From positions 38,277 through 102,276 of the forward strand of contig CAZUFC010000010.1 in NCBI GenBank assembly GCA_964619725.1: a DNA stretch of 64,000 nt, given 5' to 3'. Positions 25,974-34,259 of the stretch are shown here, piece after piece. Every line of letters begins with the position of its first letter. The stretch's first letter is position 1. Position numbers and translations under genes: made by a program. Origin of the DNA: an uncultured bacterium. Lineage in GTDB: Bacteria; CSSED10-310; CAZUFC01. The notes below the pieces were generated by a model that had not been told where the DNA came from, ran no database searches, and saw nothing but the letters and a program-made list of their open reading frames with translations.

Positions 25974-27653
25974 TTATCCCGGATATTGCCTGCGAGATTC
26001 GTCCAGTTTATGGAAACCCTTCAACAAAAGCATGTCGTTTGGCGTGAATATATTTTTGACCGGCGGCGGAACATTGGGATGTATTGTGAATTCGCCGTCT
26101 TCCCAGTTCATTATGTGATAAAATGCTTCTTCGCCGTCCAGGTCTCCATAAGCAGCGCTGACTATCTGGCCGTCTTCCAGGTAAATTTTGGCGTTTTCGC
26201 TGTCCCGGGAAAGTTCCACCATCGCCGACCTGTTGCCGGCTCCCAATACCTGAATTATTTCCAGCAGTCCCATTTCCAGCAGAGACCCCGTTACGCCCCT
26301 GCGTTCCCTAAGAGTCAAACCCTGTTCCGGCGCGCTTCTCAGCAGTATTCTTTGCAATTTTAAAACCAGCACATCCAGGTTGTAGGGTTTGAGGATATAA
26401 TCCTCGGCACCTGTCCTTAAGGCTCTGGCTATGTAAGAGGAGTCATTCTTGGCCGACAGGAATACGAAAGGTATTCCTCTCGTTTCCTTGCTCTTTTTCA
26501 GATACTCCAGGAATTGAAATCCATCCATTTCGGAATAATCAACTTCAGAAATAATGAGGTCCGGGTTCTTCTCTTTAATAAAATCCAGCGCCTGTTTCAC
26601 ATCCGACGAAGCGATAACGCGGTATCCCTCATCCCTCAATCTCAATTTCAACAAGTCATCTTTGCTTGATTCGTCCACAATAAGTATCTGTTCTTTCGAT
26701 TCACTGCGATCATCTCTCATCAACTCCTGTTTTAATATTTCCAGAAAAGCCTTGACTATTTCCGGATCGAACGCGCTGCCGGCATTCATCTGTAACTGAG
26801 CCATCGCATTGACGCGCTTTAACGGCTTCCGGTTCCTGGCGCCCCTGATCATATGCACATAAACGTCCGCCACTGATATGATTCGTGATCCGACAGGTAT
26901 TTCCTTTTCTTTCAATCCGTCGGGGTATCCCTTACCGTCATACCGTTCCCTCAATCGATGAATTATAGTTCTGATCTCTTCCTCATGCAGAAGCGTTTTA
27001 TAAAAATCCTGCTGATTGATCGGAATGGCTTGCTTAGAACTTGTTGAACCGATCTCCTCCATTTTTCTTAAAAAATCACCGGCCAATCTGGGTAAATCAT
27101 GAAAATATCCCGCTATTTTGATCGTTTCGCAATCCTTTGACGACAGACTAAGTTTGTCTGCTAATTTCCCGGAATACTCGCCAATAAGTCTCGAATGTCC
27201 CACGTTAGGCGCTGACACCGATTCCAGAAGTGAAATCATCAGACTTAAACTCTCCGAATAAACCATATGAATTTTCTGATAATCCTCATCAGCCTTATGG
27301 GAAAGTATGGCTGAACCGAAGTCTTTTATTATTCTCAAATCGATAGAAACGCCTGACTTGTCGATCTGATCCTTCAAAATAAGTCCGTCAGCCGTCATTC
27401 CTTCACTGATGATCAATACGTCGTAGTCCCCCGTACTGCACAATTCCATCGCCTGCTCTTTGTCCTGAACCACCGTGACTTTATAACCTTCATTATTCAA
27501 TACCGTATGAACGGCATCCCCTATAACTTTGTTTCGCTCCAGTATGATAACCTTCTGATAATGCTGGAGTATGAAATCCGTCATTTTGAGGGGAAAGGCA
27601 TCCTCGTCATCATAAATTTCCTGGTGTTCTTTTTTTTCTTCTGAAGGTTCCAT
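25974..27653 (-). CDS. Atypical REC / degenerate HD-GYP / REC / DUF4388 signalling protein
   Basis: FHD and ERYDGKGYPDGL...IP.GSRIISVAD; two REC folds; C-terminal G.L....L.EIIQ.L...G.I..A.....GEEA......W..G.F typical of DUF4388. Confidence 0.8.
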   Translation of the reverse strand: MEPSEEKKEHQEIYDDEDAFPLKMTDFILQHYQKVIILERNKVIGDAVHTVLNNEGYKVTVVQDKEQAMELCSTGDYDVLIISEGMTADGLILKDQIDKSGVSIDLRIIKDFGSAILSHKADEDYQKIHMVYSESLSLMISLLESVSAPNVGHSRLIGEYSGKLADKLSLSSKDCETIKIAGYFHDLPRLAGDFLRKMEEIGSTSSKQAIPINQQDFYKTLLHEEEIRTIIHRLRERYDGKGYPDGLKEKEIPVGSRIISVADVYVHMIRGARNRKPLKRVNAMAQLQMNAGSAFDPEIVKAFLEILKQELMRDDRSESKEQILIVDESSKDDLLKLRLRDEGYRVIASSDVKQALDFIKEKNPDLIISEVDYSEMDGFQFLEYLKKSKETRGIPFVFLSAKNDSSYIARALRTGAEDYILKPYNLDVLVLKLQRILLRSAPEQGLTLRERRGVTGSLLEMGLLEIIQVLGAGNRSAMVELSRDSENAKIYLEDGQIVSAAYGDLDGEEAFYHIMNWEDGEFTIHPNVPPPVKNIFTPNDMLLLKGFHKLDESRRQYPG

Positions 27654-27730
27654 TGAATCATATCCTGAAATTCTTATTCAAAAAACATCGCCCTTCATTC
27701 ATTTTATATCGTATAACCGAAAAAACAGCA

Positions 27731-27760
27731 AATAAAAAGAATCCCCGCCAGAGGCGGGGA
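27731..27760 (-). terminator. Intrinsic terminator after carD
   Basis: Minus strand TCCCCGCC-TCT-GGCGGGGA then TTCTTTTTATT. Confidence 0.75.
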
Positions 27761-27796
27761 AACTTCAACCCAACCTGAATGAAATGTCAATAAGAT

Positions 27797-28324
27797 TTAA
27801 TGAGTTGCGACCAAATCCTTAATGGGGATATAGGTATTGGCCCGGTCTCCCGAAAGCAACCCGTTTACCCAATCTTCAACTTCTCTCTCTTTAGCGGAAA
27901 TTGCATATGCAATTTCACTGATTATTAAACTCCTGGCATTTTCCATCATCCTGGTTTCTTTTATCGCCAAATTCTTACGCCGGTTCAATGCCGCCAGGTC
28001 CCGGACGACCTCAGCCGCCTGAAAGATGGAGCCGCTTTTCAATTTCTCAATGTTATCACCGTAACGATGATGCCATTGAGTATGCTTCGCATCTGCAGGT
28101 TGACTCAATATCCTGAATACTTTCTCTACATCCTTTTCACGGATTACCGATCTCAAACCTATTTTTTCTTCATTTTTCGTCGGTACCATCACAGAAAGAT
28201 TTTTCTTCAAAATCTTCAAAATATAAAAATCTTCTTCTTGCCCTCCGATTTTTTTCGATTCAATCGAATCGATTTGAGCAAGGCCGTGAGCAGGATAAAC
28301 AACCGAATCGCCGACTTTAAACAA
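27797..28324 (-). CDS. carD: CarD/CdnL family transcription factor
   Basis: FKVGD.VVYPAHG; GLR.VI; W..RY..N.EKLKSG; AR.L..SE.A; TTG start. Confidence 0.93.
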   Translation of the reverse strand: MFKVGDSVVYPAHGLAQIDSIESKKIGGQEEDFYILKILKKNLSVMVPTKNEEKIGLRSVIREKDVEKVFRILSQPADAKHTQWHHRYGDNIEKLKSGSIFQAAEVVRDLAALNRRKNLAIKETRMMENARSLIISEIAYAISAKEREVEDWVNGLLSGDRANTYIPIKDLVATH

Positions 28325-28372
28325 TTTCCATCACCTTCCTTTAGGTTAGCAGGCAAATTGCACTTTCATTAA

Positions 28373-28389
28373 AGCAACAATCGTGCCGA
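28373..28389 (-). promoter_or_regulatory. Sigma-54 (-24/-12) promoter for carD
   Basis: Minus strand TCGGCACGATTGTTGCT = GG-N10-GC; upstream palindrome ATGCAATTTTTGCAT at 28497-28511. Confidence 0.65.
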
Positions 28390-28549
28390 AGTAAAAGCAA
28401 TTCCGTTTTATTTTTTTTTGCATTTTGTTTCTAATAAGTTACGGTAGTGTGTTAATTTTTTTCGCGCAATTTTTTGAACATCAGGACTCACAAACCATGC
28501 AATTTTTGCATTTTGTCTGGATGAACGCTTCATAAAATTTATCGCAATT

Positions 28550-29392
28550 TCATGCAAAATTGCGAAGCCGTTCTATACGCTCTTCAATGGGCGGATGTGT
28601 TGAAAACAATTTAAGCAAATTTTTATTGACAGCCGGTTTCACGATGAACAGGTGTGAAGTAGCCGGGTTTGCCTTTATTTGTTTATGTTCCGAGGCTCTT
28701 TGCAATTTTTGCAAAGCGTTGATTAACCCGTAAGGGTTTCCAGTAATTAAAGCGGATTCTTTATCAGCCGAGAACTCGTTTGCTCTTGAGATGGCCATCT
28801 GTACGATAAGAGCGGCAACAGGTGCAATAATTGCCATAGCCAGTGTTCCAATTAACCCTCCGTCCCGTTCGTCGTTGCCGGCGAAACCTCCAAAAATAGC
28901 GGCGAACTGTGCCCATCGAGCGAGCATCATAACGGCTCCGGCGATAGTAGCGGCCATAGCGCCGACAAGGAGGTCCCTGTGTTTGACGTGGGCTAATTCA
29001 TGAGCGAGGACGCCTTCGAGTTCGTTACGGTCGAGCAAGCTGAGCAGTCCATGCGTAACGGCGACGACGGCTTTTTGGGGATTTCTTCCAGTAGCGAAGG
29101 CATTGGGACCATCAGATGGAATAAGATAAACTTTTGGTTTTGGGATACCTGCTTTTTTGGCCAGGTTTTCGACCAAAGAGTGAACTGCGGGAGCTTGAGT
29201 TTCCGTAAGAGGTTGAGCTCTGTAGATTTTCAGCACTGCTTTATCGGAGAACCAATAAGCGCTGAAATTCATAACCATTGCGAAACAAAAAGCGACGATC
29301 ATTCCTGATCGTCCTCCGATCATGCTGCCTGCAAAAATAAAAAGCCCTGTCAGGGCAGTGAGCAGGAAAGTCACCTTGAATAAGCTCTTCAT
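28550..29392 (-). CDS. htpX: Zinc metalloprotease HtpX (M48)
   Basis: YWFSDK; PNAFATGRNP; VAVT.GLL; GVLAHELAH; ISR..E..AD; FSTHPP.EERI. Confidence 0.95.
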   Translation of the reverse strand: MKSLFKVTFLLTALTGLFIFAGSMIGGRSGMIVAFCFAMVMNFSAYWFSDKAVLKIYRAQPLTETQAPAVHSLVENLAKKAGIPKPKVYLIPSDGPNAFATGRNPQKAVVAVTHGLLSLLDRNELEGVLAHELAHVKHRDLLVGAMAATIAGAVMMLARWAQFAAIFGGFAGNDERDGGLIGTLAMAIIAPVAALIVQMAISRANEFSADKESALITGNPYGLINALQKLQRASEHKQIKANPATSHLFIVKPAVNKNLLKLFSTHPPIEERIERLRNFA

Positions 29393-29587
29393 TACCGCAA
29401 TAAAACCTCCTTTGAAAATGTTCGGCAAGAGCAAAGGATTTTCTCACTTGTTACTATAATCATTTTCCTCCTCATCGTCAAGTTTTGACGGGGTTGACTT
29501 ATGGTCCGGCTGCTGATAAAAACGGCTGCTGTGCCTATGAGGCAATGCCTGGAAGCGTCGATTTTTTTTAAATAAAAGAGGCGAAAA

Positions 29588-30130
29588 ATGCTGAAAAGAG
29601 TCACAATTTTGTTAAGGAAGCGGACAACGATTCAGGTATTAAAATTTTCGCTGATCGGAGTATGGAATACGCTTCTTGATCTGGGATTGCTGAATTTATT
29701 ATGTTTTCTGACGGGGATATACAAGGGGACCTGGGTATTCATATTGAATTCAATATCTTACAGCATTGCTTCTGCGAACAGTTATATTTTAAACAAGTTC
29801 TGGACATTCGAAGACCGTGCATCCAAACGTGAAGCCGTGAAATTTTCCAAATTCATGGTCGTGAACGTTATAGGACTGCTTTTAAACTCAACGGTAGTCT
29901 GGTCCTTGACCTATCTGATAGCGGCTCCTTTCGAAGTCCTGTTCGGTCCGGGGCTGATGCTGAATTCAGCAGTCATCTGGTCGCTTTCTTTTTATATGGA
30001 GGCGCCCTTCGGCATTCCTCCGGAGCTATGGTTGAATTTTTCAAAAATAACGGCGACTTTCGTAGTATTGGTATGGAATTTTGTAGGCTATAAATTCCTG
30101 GTTTTTCGCAAGCCGAAGGATAGTAAATAA
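29588..30130 (+). CDS. GtrA family membrane protein
   Basis: KFSLIG..NT.LD; NSY.LNK.WTF; WNF.GYKF.VF. Confidence 0.85.
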   Translation: MLKRVTILLRKRTTIQVLKFSLIGVWNTLLDLGLLNLLCFLTGIYKGTWVFILNSISYSIASANSYILNKFWTFEDRASKREAVKFSKFMVVNVIGLLLNSTVVWSLTYLIAAPFEVLFGPGLMLNSAVIWSLSFYMEAPFGIPPELWLNFSKITATFVVLVWNFVGYKFLVFRKPKDSK

Positions 30131-30303
30131 ATCCGGTCATTGTTTAAAAAGACCTTTACACGGGATATTCATCGGCGCTCTGTCCGGCGGCTGCCCATGA
30201 AACCGTTTGCCGATCTGACTGTTATAAGAGAGGAAGAAGCGGTTCGCAAGGATGGCAATCCAGCTTGGTCAGCGCCGGAATGCGCAAATCCGACGGCTGG
30301 GAG

Positions 30304-30335
30304 AAAAAAAGACCGGCGAGAAGTATCGCCGGTCT
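30304..30335 (-). terminator. Intrinsic terminator after the C1A protease gene
   Basis: Minus strand AGACCGGCGA-TACTTC-TCGCCGGTCT then T run. Confidence 0.85.
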
Positions 30336-30373
30336 GAGGTGAATTTTTCCGAGAAGGACAATTCAAGTATGTA

Positions 30374-32761
30374 TCAATTTGCGAGGAAGAATCGTTCCAC
30401 GGTGAAGTTGCTTAAGGTTTCGTAGGTGTCGGGTTTGGCGGCGATAGACATGAATTGATAGGGACCGCCGGAATCGAATGAAGCGGGCAGATCAAATTCA
30501 AGCAGGCTAATGGTCATTTCCTGTTCAGCGTTCAAGAAGATATTGAGATTGTTGATATCAGTAGTCCATGCGGGGTGCCAGAAGTAAATGCCGCAGACTT
30601 CGAGGGCCACGTAAATATCGACATGATGGCTTGAGGGGCCGTTGTCTATGCCCAGTGATAAACGGAAATGGTCTCCCGGATGGAATACGGACTTGTTCAG
30701 ATTGAGGTTCAGAACGAGATAAGCGGGGAGCGGCGAGGCAGTGGGGGTAGGAGAAGGTGTAAAAGTCGGCGTATAAGTATGGAATGGCGGCGCATCAGTA
30801 GGAGTGGCGGTAGGTTCTTCATGTGTGGGTTCGGAAGTGGGAACGGGCGTGTGAGTAAAGGTTGGAGAAGGTGTTTCCGTTACAGGAGTTTCTGTATGGG
30901 TGTATGTGGGATCGGGAGCTGTCGGAGTGGGAACGGGCGTGGGAGTTTCATAAAAGGGTGTGGGAGTCGGCTGGCCGGCGAAAGGCGCTCCGATGAGTGA
31001 GAATTCGTCGATGTTCCATCCGCCGAAATGGATGCCTGCATCTGCAACCAAATCGAATTTGAATTCTACTTCAGGATTATCGTCAGCGATAGATGAAATG
31101 GAGATATCATGCAATGTCCAGTCAGTATCGATGTGATCGGTGTCGTGGTCATTCTGCCAGACGAGCTGGTCGTTTACGAAGATACGAGCCATATCGTACA
31201 TGCTCTTCTCAACCGTAAGCCATCTTCGATAGTTCAATCGAACGTTATGGAAACCTGTACAGTCGATAATCGGCGATATAAGAACATTGAACGCATTGGC
31301 TTTATAATTGCCGTCCCAGCCCTGGAAACCCAGGTCATTGCCCCATATGCAGTCGCCGTTGAAAGCGGAGAGAGGGTCGTATGAACTTGTGCCCACAGGC
31401 GTACCCCTCTGCCAGTCATCTTGAGTTTCTATCTGGAAGTGTGTCCAGCCATTGTCGCCGTCTTCGAATCCATCCTGGAAAATGATTGCGGTTTCTCCCA
31501 CATATAAACCGAATTCGCTTTCATGTTGCCCGAAATCGGACGAAATAACGATCGTCAACGGCAAATAAGCTCCCTCCTCCATATCCGCTGGAATTACTAT
31601 AGAAAAATGAGGATCAACCGAATCTCTGGTTTCATCCGGGGGAATATCGGGAAAATCAGCTTCGGGATCGGTTATCTGAAGGCCCGACATTTCGGAGGAA
31701 ATAACTCCTGTTACCCCTGTAGCCGTTTCCGAACCATTGTTTACAAGCGACAATGACAGATAGACAGTTTCTCCGGGATCGGGATAACCGTCCCCATCAC
31801 CCTCGGAGTCATCGGCTTCGTGACTTTCGTAAGCGAGGTTCACCGGATTGCTGGGCGTATAATAGTACTGTATGGACCCGTATCCGATGTTGCAGGATCC
31901 ATATTTAATATAAGCGAAGCCATTGTCTCCCCAACCGGGTCCCCAACTGTTTTTAATTATCCAAGCGCCTGTCCCGCATACGTCGTCATCCCAACCGACT
32001 ATCGTAACTCCGTGGTTGACCGACTGTGTGCCGCTGTTCTGATAGCATCCGTCCGTATAATAATAAAAATCATTATAAACCGTCATAGCGCAAGGCACAG
32101 GACCGAACTGAAGCGCCGCTTTAATGGCGTCTGTATCTGAACCGATGCTTTCCCAGCCGTCAAGAAATGCCGCAATGTCGCACTCATCCTGTATGCACGG
32201 CGGAGAATCGCTGGCCTCATACGGCATGCAACTCTCCTCTACCGCCCCAGGATTCACGAAAAGATCGGCAGCGCTCAGCCAACCGCCTCCGCATCCATAA
32301 CCATAAGTGTTGCAGGATACCAATTGCTGTTCGGAAAGGTCCGGCGTCCAACCGTCGTATATCATCACGTAACTTTCTAAAGCCGCTTCTATGCAAAACG
32401 CCCAGCAGCTTCCGCAACTACCCTGGTTCTTCACAGAACTGACTCCTCCCATTTCCCTCCAATCGAATACGCTCGGCCAAGTCACATCTGTTTTTTCCTT
32501 ACCGTCGCCTACTGGCTCCACATAACCTTCCGGCGCCTTCAATCCGCATAAGGCCGCCTTCTCCTCTTCAGAAAGTATCGATACAGAAGTCTCTCCAGCC
32601 TCCCAGTCATAACCGTTACGCTCGATCTTCGCCCGTATCCGCTCCAGCTCCATATCATGCGCTTCCTTATCGAAAGGCTCCTTCGCATGAACAGAAATAA
32701 AACCGCTGACTAAAATCACCCATGCCGTCAGCGTCATCAGTTTCCCAGCTTTGACCTTCAT
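30374..32761 (-). CDS. Secreted papain-family (C1A) cysteine protease with beta-sandwich domains, Pro/Thr linker and shared C-terminal domain
   Basis: Signal peptide; FDWR; VKNQGSCGSCWAF; LSEQQLVSC; NHGVTIVGW; IKNSWG; PTPTP linker. Confidence 0.92.
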   Translation of the reverse strand: MKVKAGKLMTLTAWVILVSGFISVHAKEPFDKEAHDMELERIRAKIERNGYDWEAGETSVSILSEEEKAALCGLKAPEGYVEPVGDGKEKTDVTWPSVFDWREMGGVSSVKNQGSCGSCWAFCIEAALESYVMIYDGWTPDLSEQQLVSCNTYGYGCGGGWLSAADLFVNPGAVEESCMPYEASDSPPCIQDECDIAAFLDGWESIGSDTDAIKAALQFGPVPCAMTVYNDFYYYTDGCYQNSGTQSVNHGVTIVGWDDDVCGTGAWIIKNSWGPGWGDNGFAYIKYGSCNIGYGSIQYYYTPSNPVNLAYESHEADDSEGDGDGYPDPGETVYLSLSLVNNGSETATGVTGVISSEMSGLQITDPEADFPDIPPDETRDSVDPHFSIVIPADMEEGAYLPLTIVISSDFGQHESEFGLYVGETAIIFQDGFEDGDNGWTHFQIETQDDWQRGTPVGTSSYDPLSAFNGDCIWGNDLGFQGWDGNYKANAFNVLISPIIDCTGFHNVRLNYRRWLTVEKSMYDMARIFVNDQLVWQNDHDTDHIDTDWTLHDISISSIADDNPEVEFKFDLVADAGIHFGGWNIDEFSLIGAPFAGQPTPTPFYETPTPVPTPTAPDPTYTHTETPVTETPSPTFTHTPVPTSEPTHEEPTATPTDAPPFHTYTPTFTPSPTPTASPLPAYLVLNLNLNKSVFHPGDHFRLSLGIDNGPSSHHVDIYVALEVCGIYFWHPAWTTDINNLNIFLNAEQEMTISLLEFDLPASFDSGGPYQFMSIAAKPDTYETLSNFTVERFFLAN

Positions 32762-32854
32762 TGTTTTCTCCTCTCTTTTATCGAACCTGCCCCGCAGTTC
32801 ATGCTTCTTTCCTCTCCGGCGTACATCCTCTCAGGATATGTCCCCCCACAAATG

Positions 32855-32871
32855 GGCAATATTCATGCCGA
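32855..32871 (-). promoter_or_regulatory. Sigma-54 (-24/-12) promoter for the C1A protease
   Basis: Minus strand TCGGCATGAATATTGCC = GG-N10-GC, about 95 nt upstream of the ATG. Confidence 0.6.
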
Positions 32872-33320
32872 GTCATCAAAACAGGGTTTTCATACTAAAA
32901 TCATTATTATACAATAATTTAAACATAACTCTTTTATCCATTGCACTTCTTCCCTATGTCCAGATTTTAAACTCCATTTGATTCGCAGGCTTATTTTTTC
33001 GACATCAGACTTCTCATACCATAACGACGGCGCATCCGTATCCGGCGGAAGGATAAACAATGCATCAGGCTGCCACACACAAATTCAATGCATCAAGAAC
33101 GCATTTTTAAAATTTGCTTAATCCTGCTAAAATAAATAAACGACAGTCGGCGTTCAGAAATTGATCACGGCGGAGAAAAACTTTGCGGGTAGAGAATTTT
33201 AGTCGGCACAATCATGTCGATCCTCGGGCATGCCCACTCTGCTTCAATTTTGAACCCGGCCCGCAAAGAATCCGGCTGCTTAACGCACGATTATACTCAA
33301 TGCATGAAAGGGCAAGAGAA

Positions 33321-33662
33321 ATGATTGAACATTATTCCTTCGGCAGGATCAAAGTTGAAGGAGAGACCTTCAAAAACGACATCATTATTTTACCTTCCAG
33401 AATAATTCCCAACTGGTGGAGAACAGAAGGCCATAGTCTTCATCCGGAAGATTTATCCGCCATCGAAAATACTGATATTGAAACATTTATAATGGGTTGC
33501 GGAAAATACGGCGTTTTAAGAATCCCGGAATCAACCCGAAAATGGTTCGAGGAAAAGGATATCCATCTCATATCCGGGAAAACGGATGAGGCGGTAGAAA
33601 CATTTAACCGGCTGAAGCAAGAAAAAAAGAAAATCGCTGCCGGGTTTCATCTGACCTGCTGA
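33321..33662 (+). CDS. Mth938/AAMDC-like protein
   Basis: MIEHYSFGRI.V.G..F.NDIII; WWR.EGH.L; G.G.YG; T.EAV..FN; FHLTC ending; ORF track start 33183 is probably too early. Confidence 0.88.
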   Translation: MIEHYSFGRIKVEGETFKNDIIILPSRIIPNWWRTEGHSLHPEDLSAIENTDIETFIMGCGKYGVLRIPESTRKWFEEKDIHLISGKTDEAVETFNRLKQEKKKIAAGFHLTC

Positions 33663-33722
33663 TCCGGGCATCTCGGTTTCGCGGCTGAAAGTTCTTTCTC
33701 GTTCAATGACGAAAACCCATTA

Positions 33723-34013
33723 TTAAAATCTCAAAATAACCAGGAGAAAACTCAAAATAACCAGCAGCGCAATTAAAGCCAAAATAAGATTTTTTGTACC
33801 TGATTTTTTGTCAGCCGACAAAATTTCCTGTACAGCGAGTTCATATTCTTCGTCAGTCATTTCCCGGGGAAGACCGAGGCGATCGAGAACGGCATCATCT
33901 GACCAGCCTGTTTGATAGTCAGAACCGCAGGCCGGACAAACCTTATCCTTTTCGGATAAATATTCGCCGCAATGAGGGCAAATTTTGATCTCGGAACGGG
34001 AAAAATTTTTCAT
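33723..34013 (-). CDS. Small zinc-ribbon protein with C-terminal TM anchor
   Basis: CPHCG...CPACGSD..TGWS; hydrophobic C-terminus. Confidence 0.75.
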   Translation of the reverse strand: MKNFSRSEIKICPHCGEYLSEKDKVCPACGSDYQTGWSDDAVLDRLGLPREMTDEEYELAVQEILSADKKSGTKNLILALIALLVILSFLLVILRF

Positions 34014-34259
34014 ACATGAGCCCTCCTTCCTCGATGAGCGCGCTCTTATGCATACTCAATTTTTCCGCTTTTTACAAATTTTTCCGAATAATGGTTGACT
34101 TAAACAACGCAAATGGAGTATGTATAAGAACAGGAGCATTGAGTATGGGCTATTGAAAGGCTCTTATGCGGCCAGATTTCAAAAGGCTTAAGTGAGCTGG
34201 TTCAATAAAGACCAGGCAACAAAATCAATGAAATTTTTTTTTCAGCGGGGGGAAGCATA

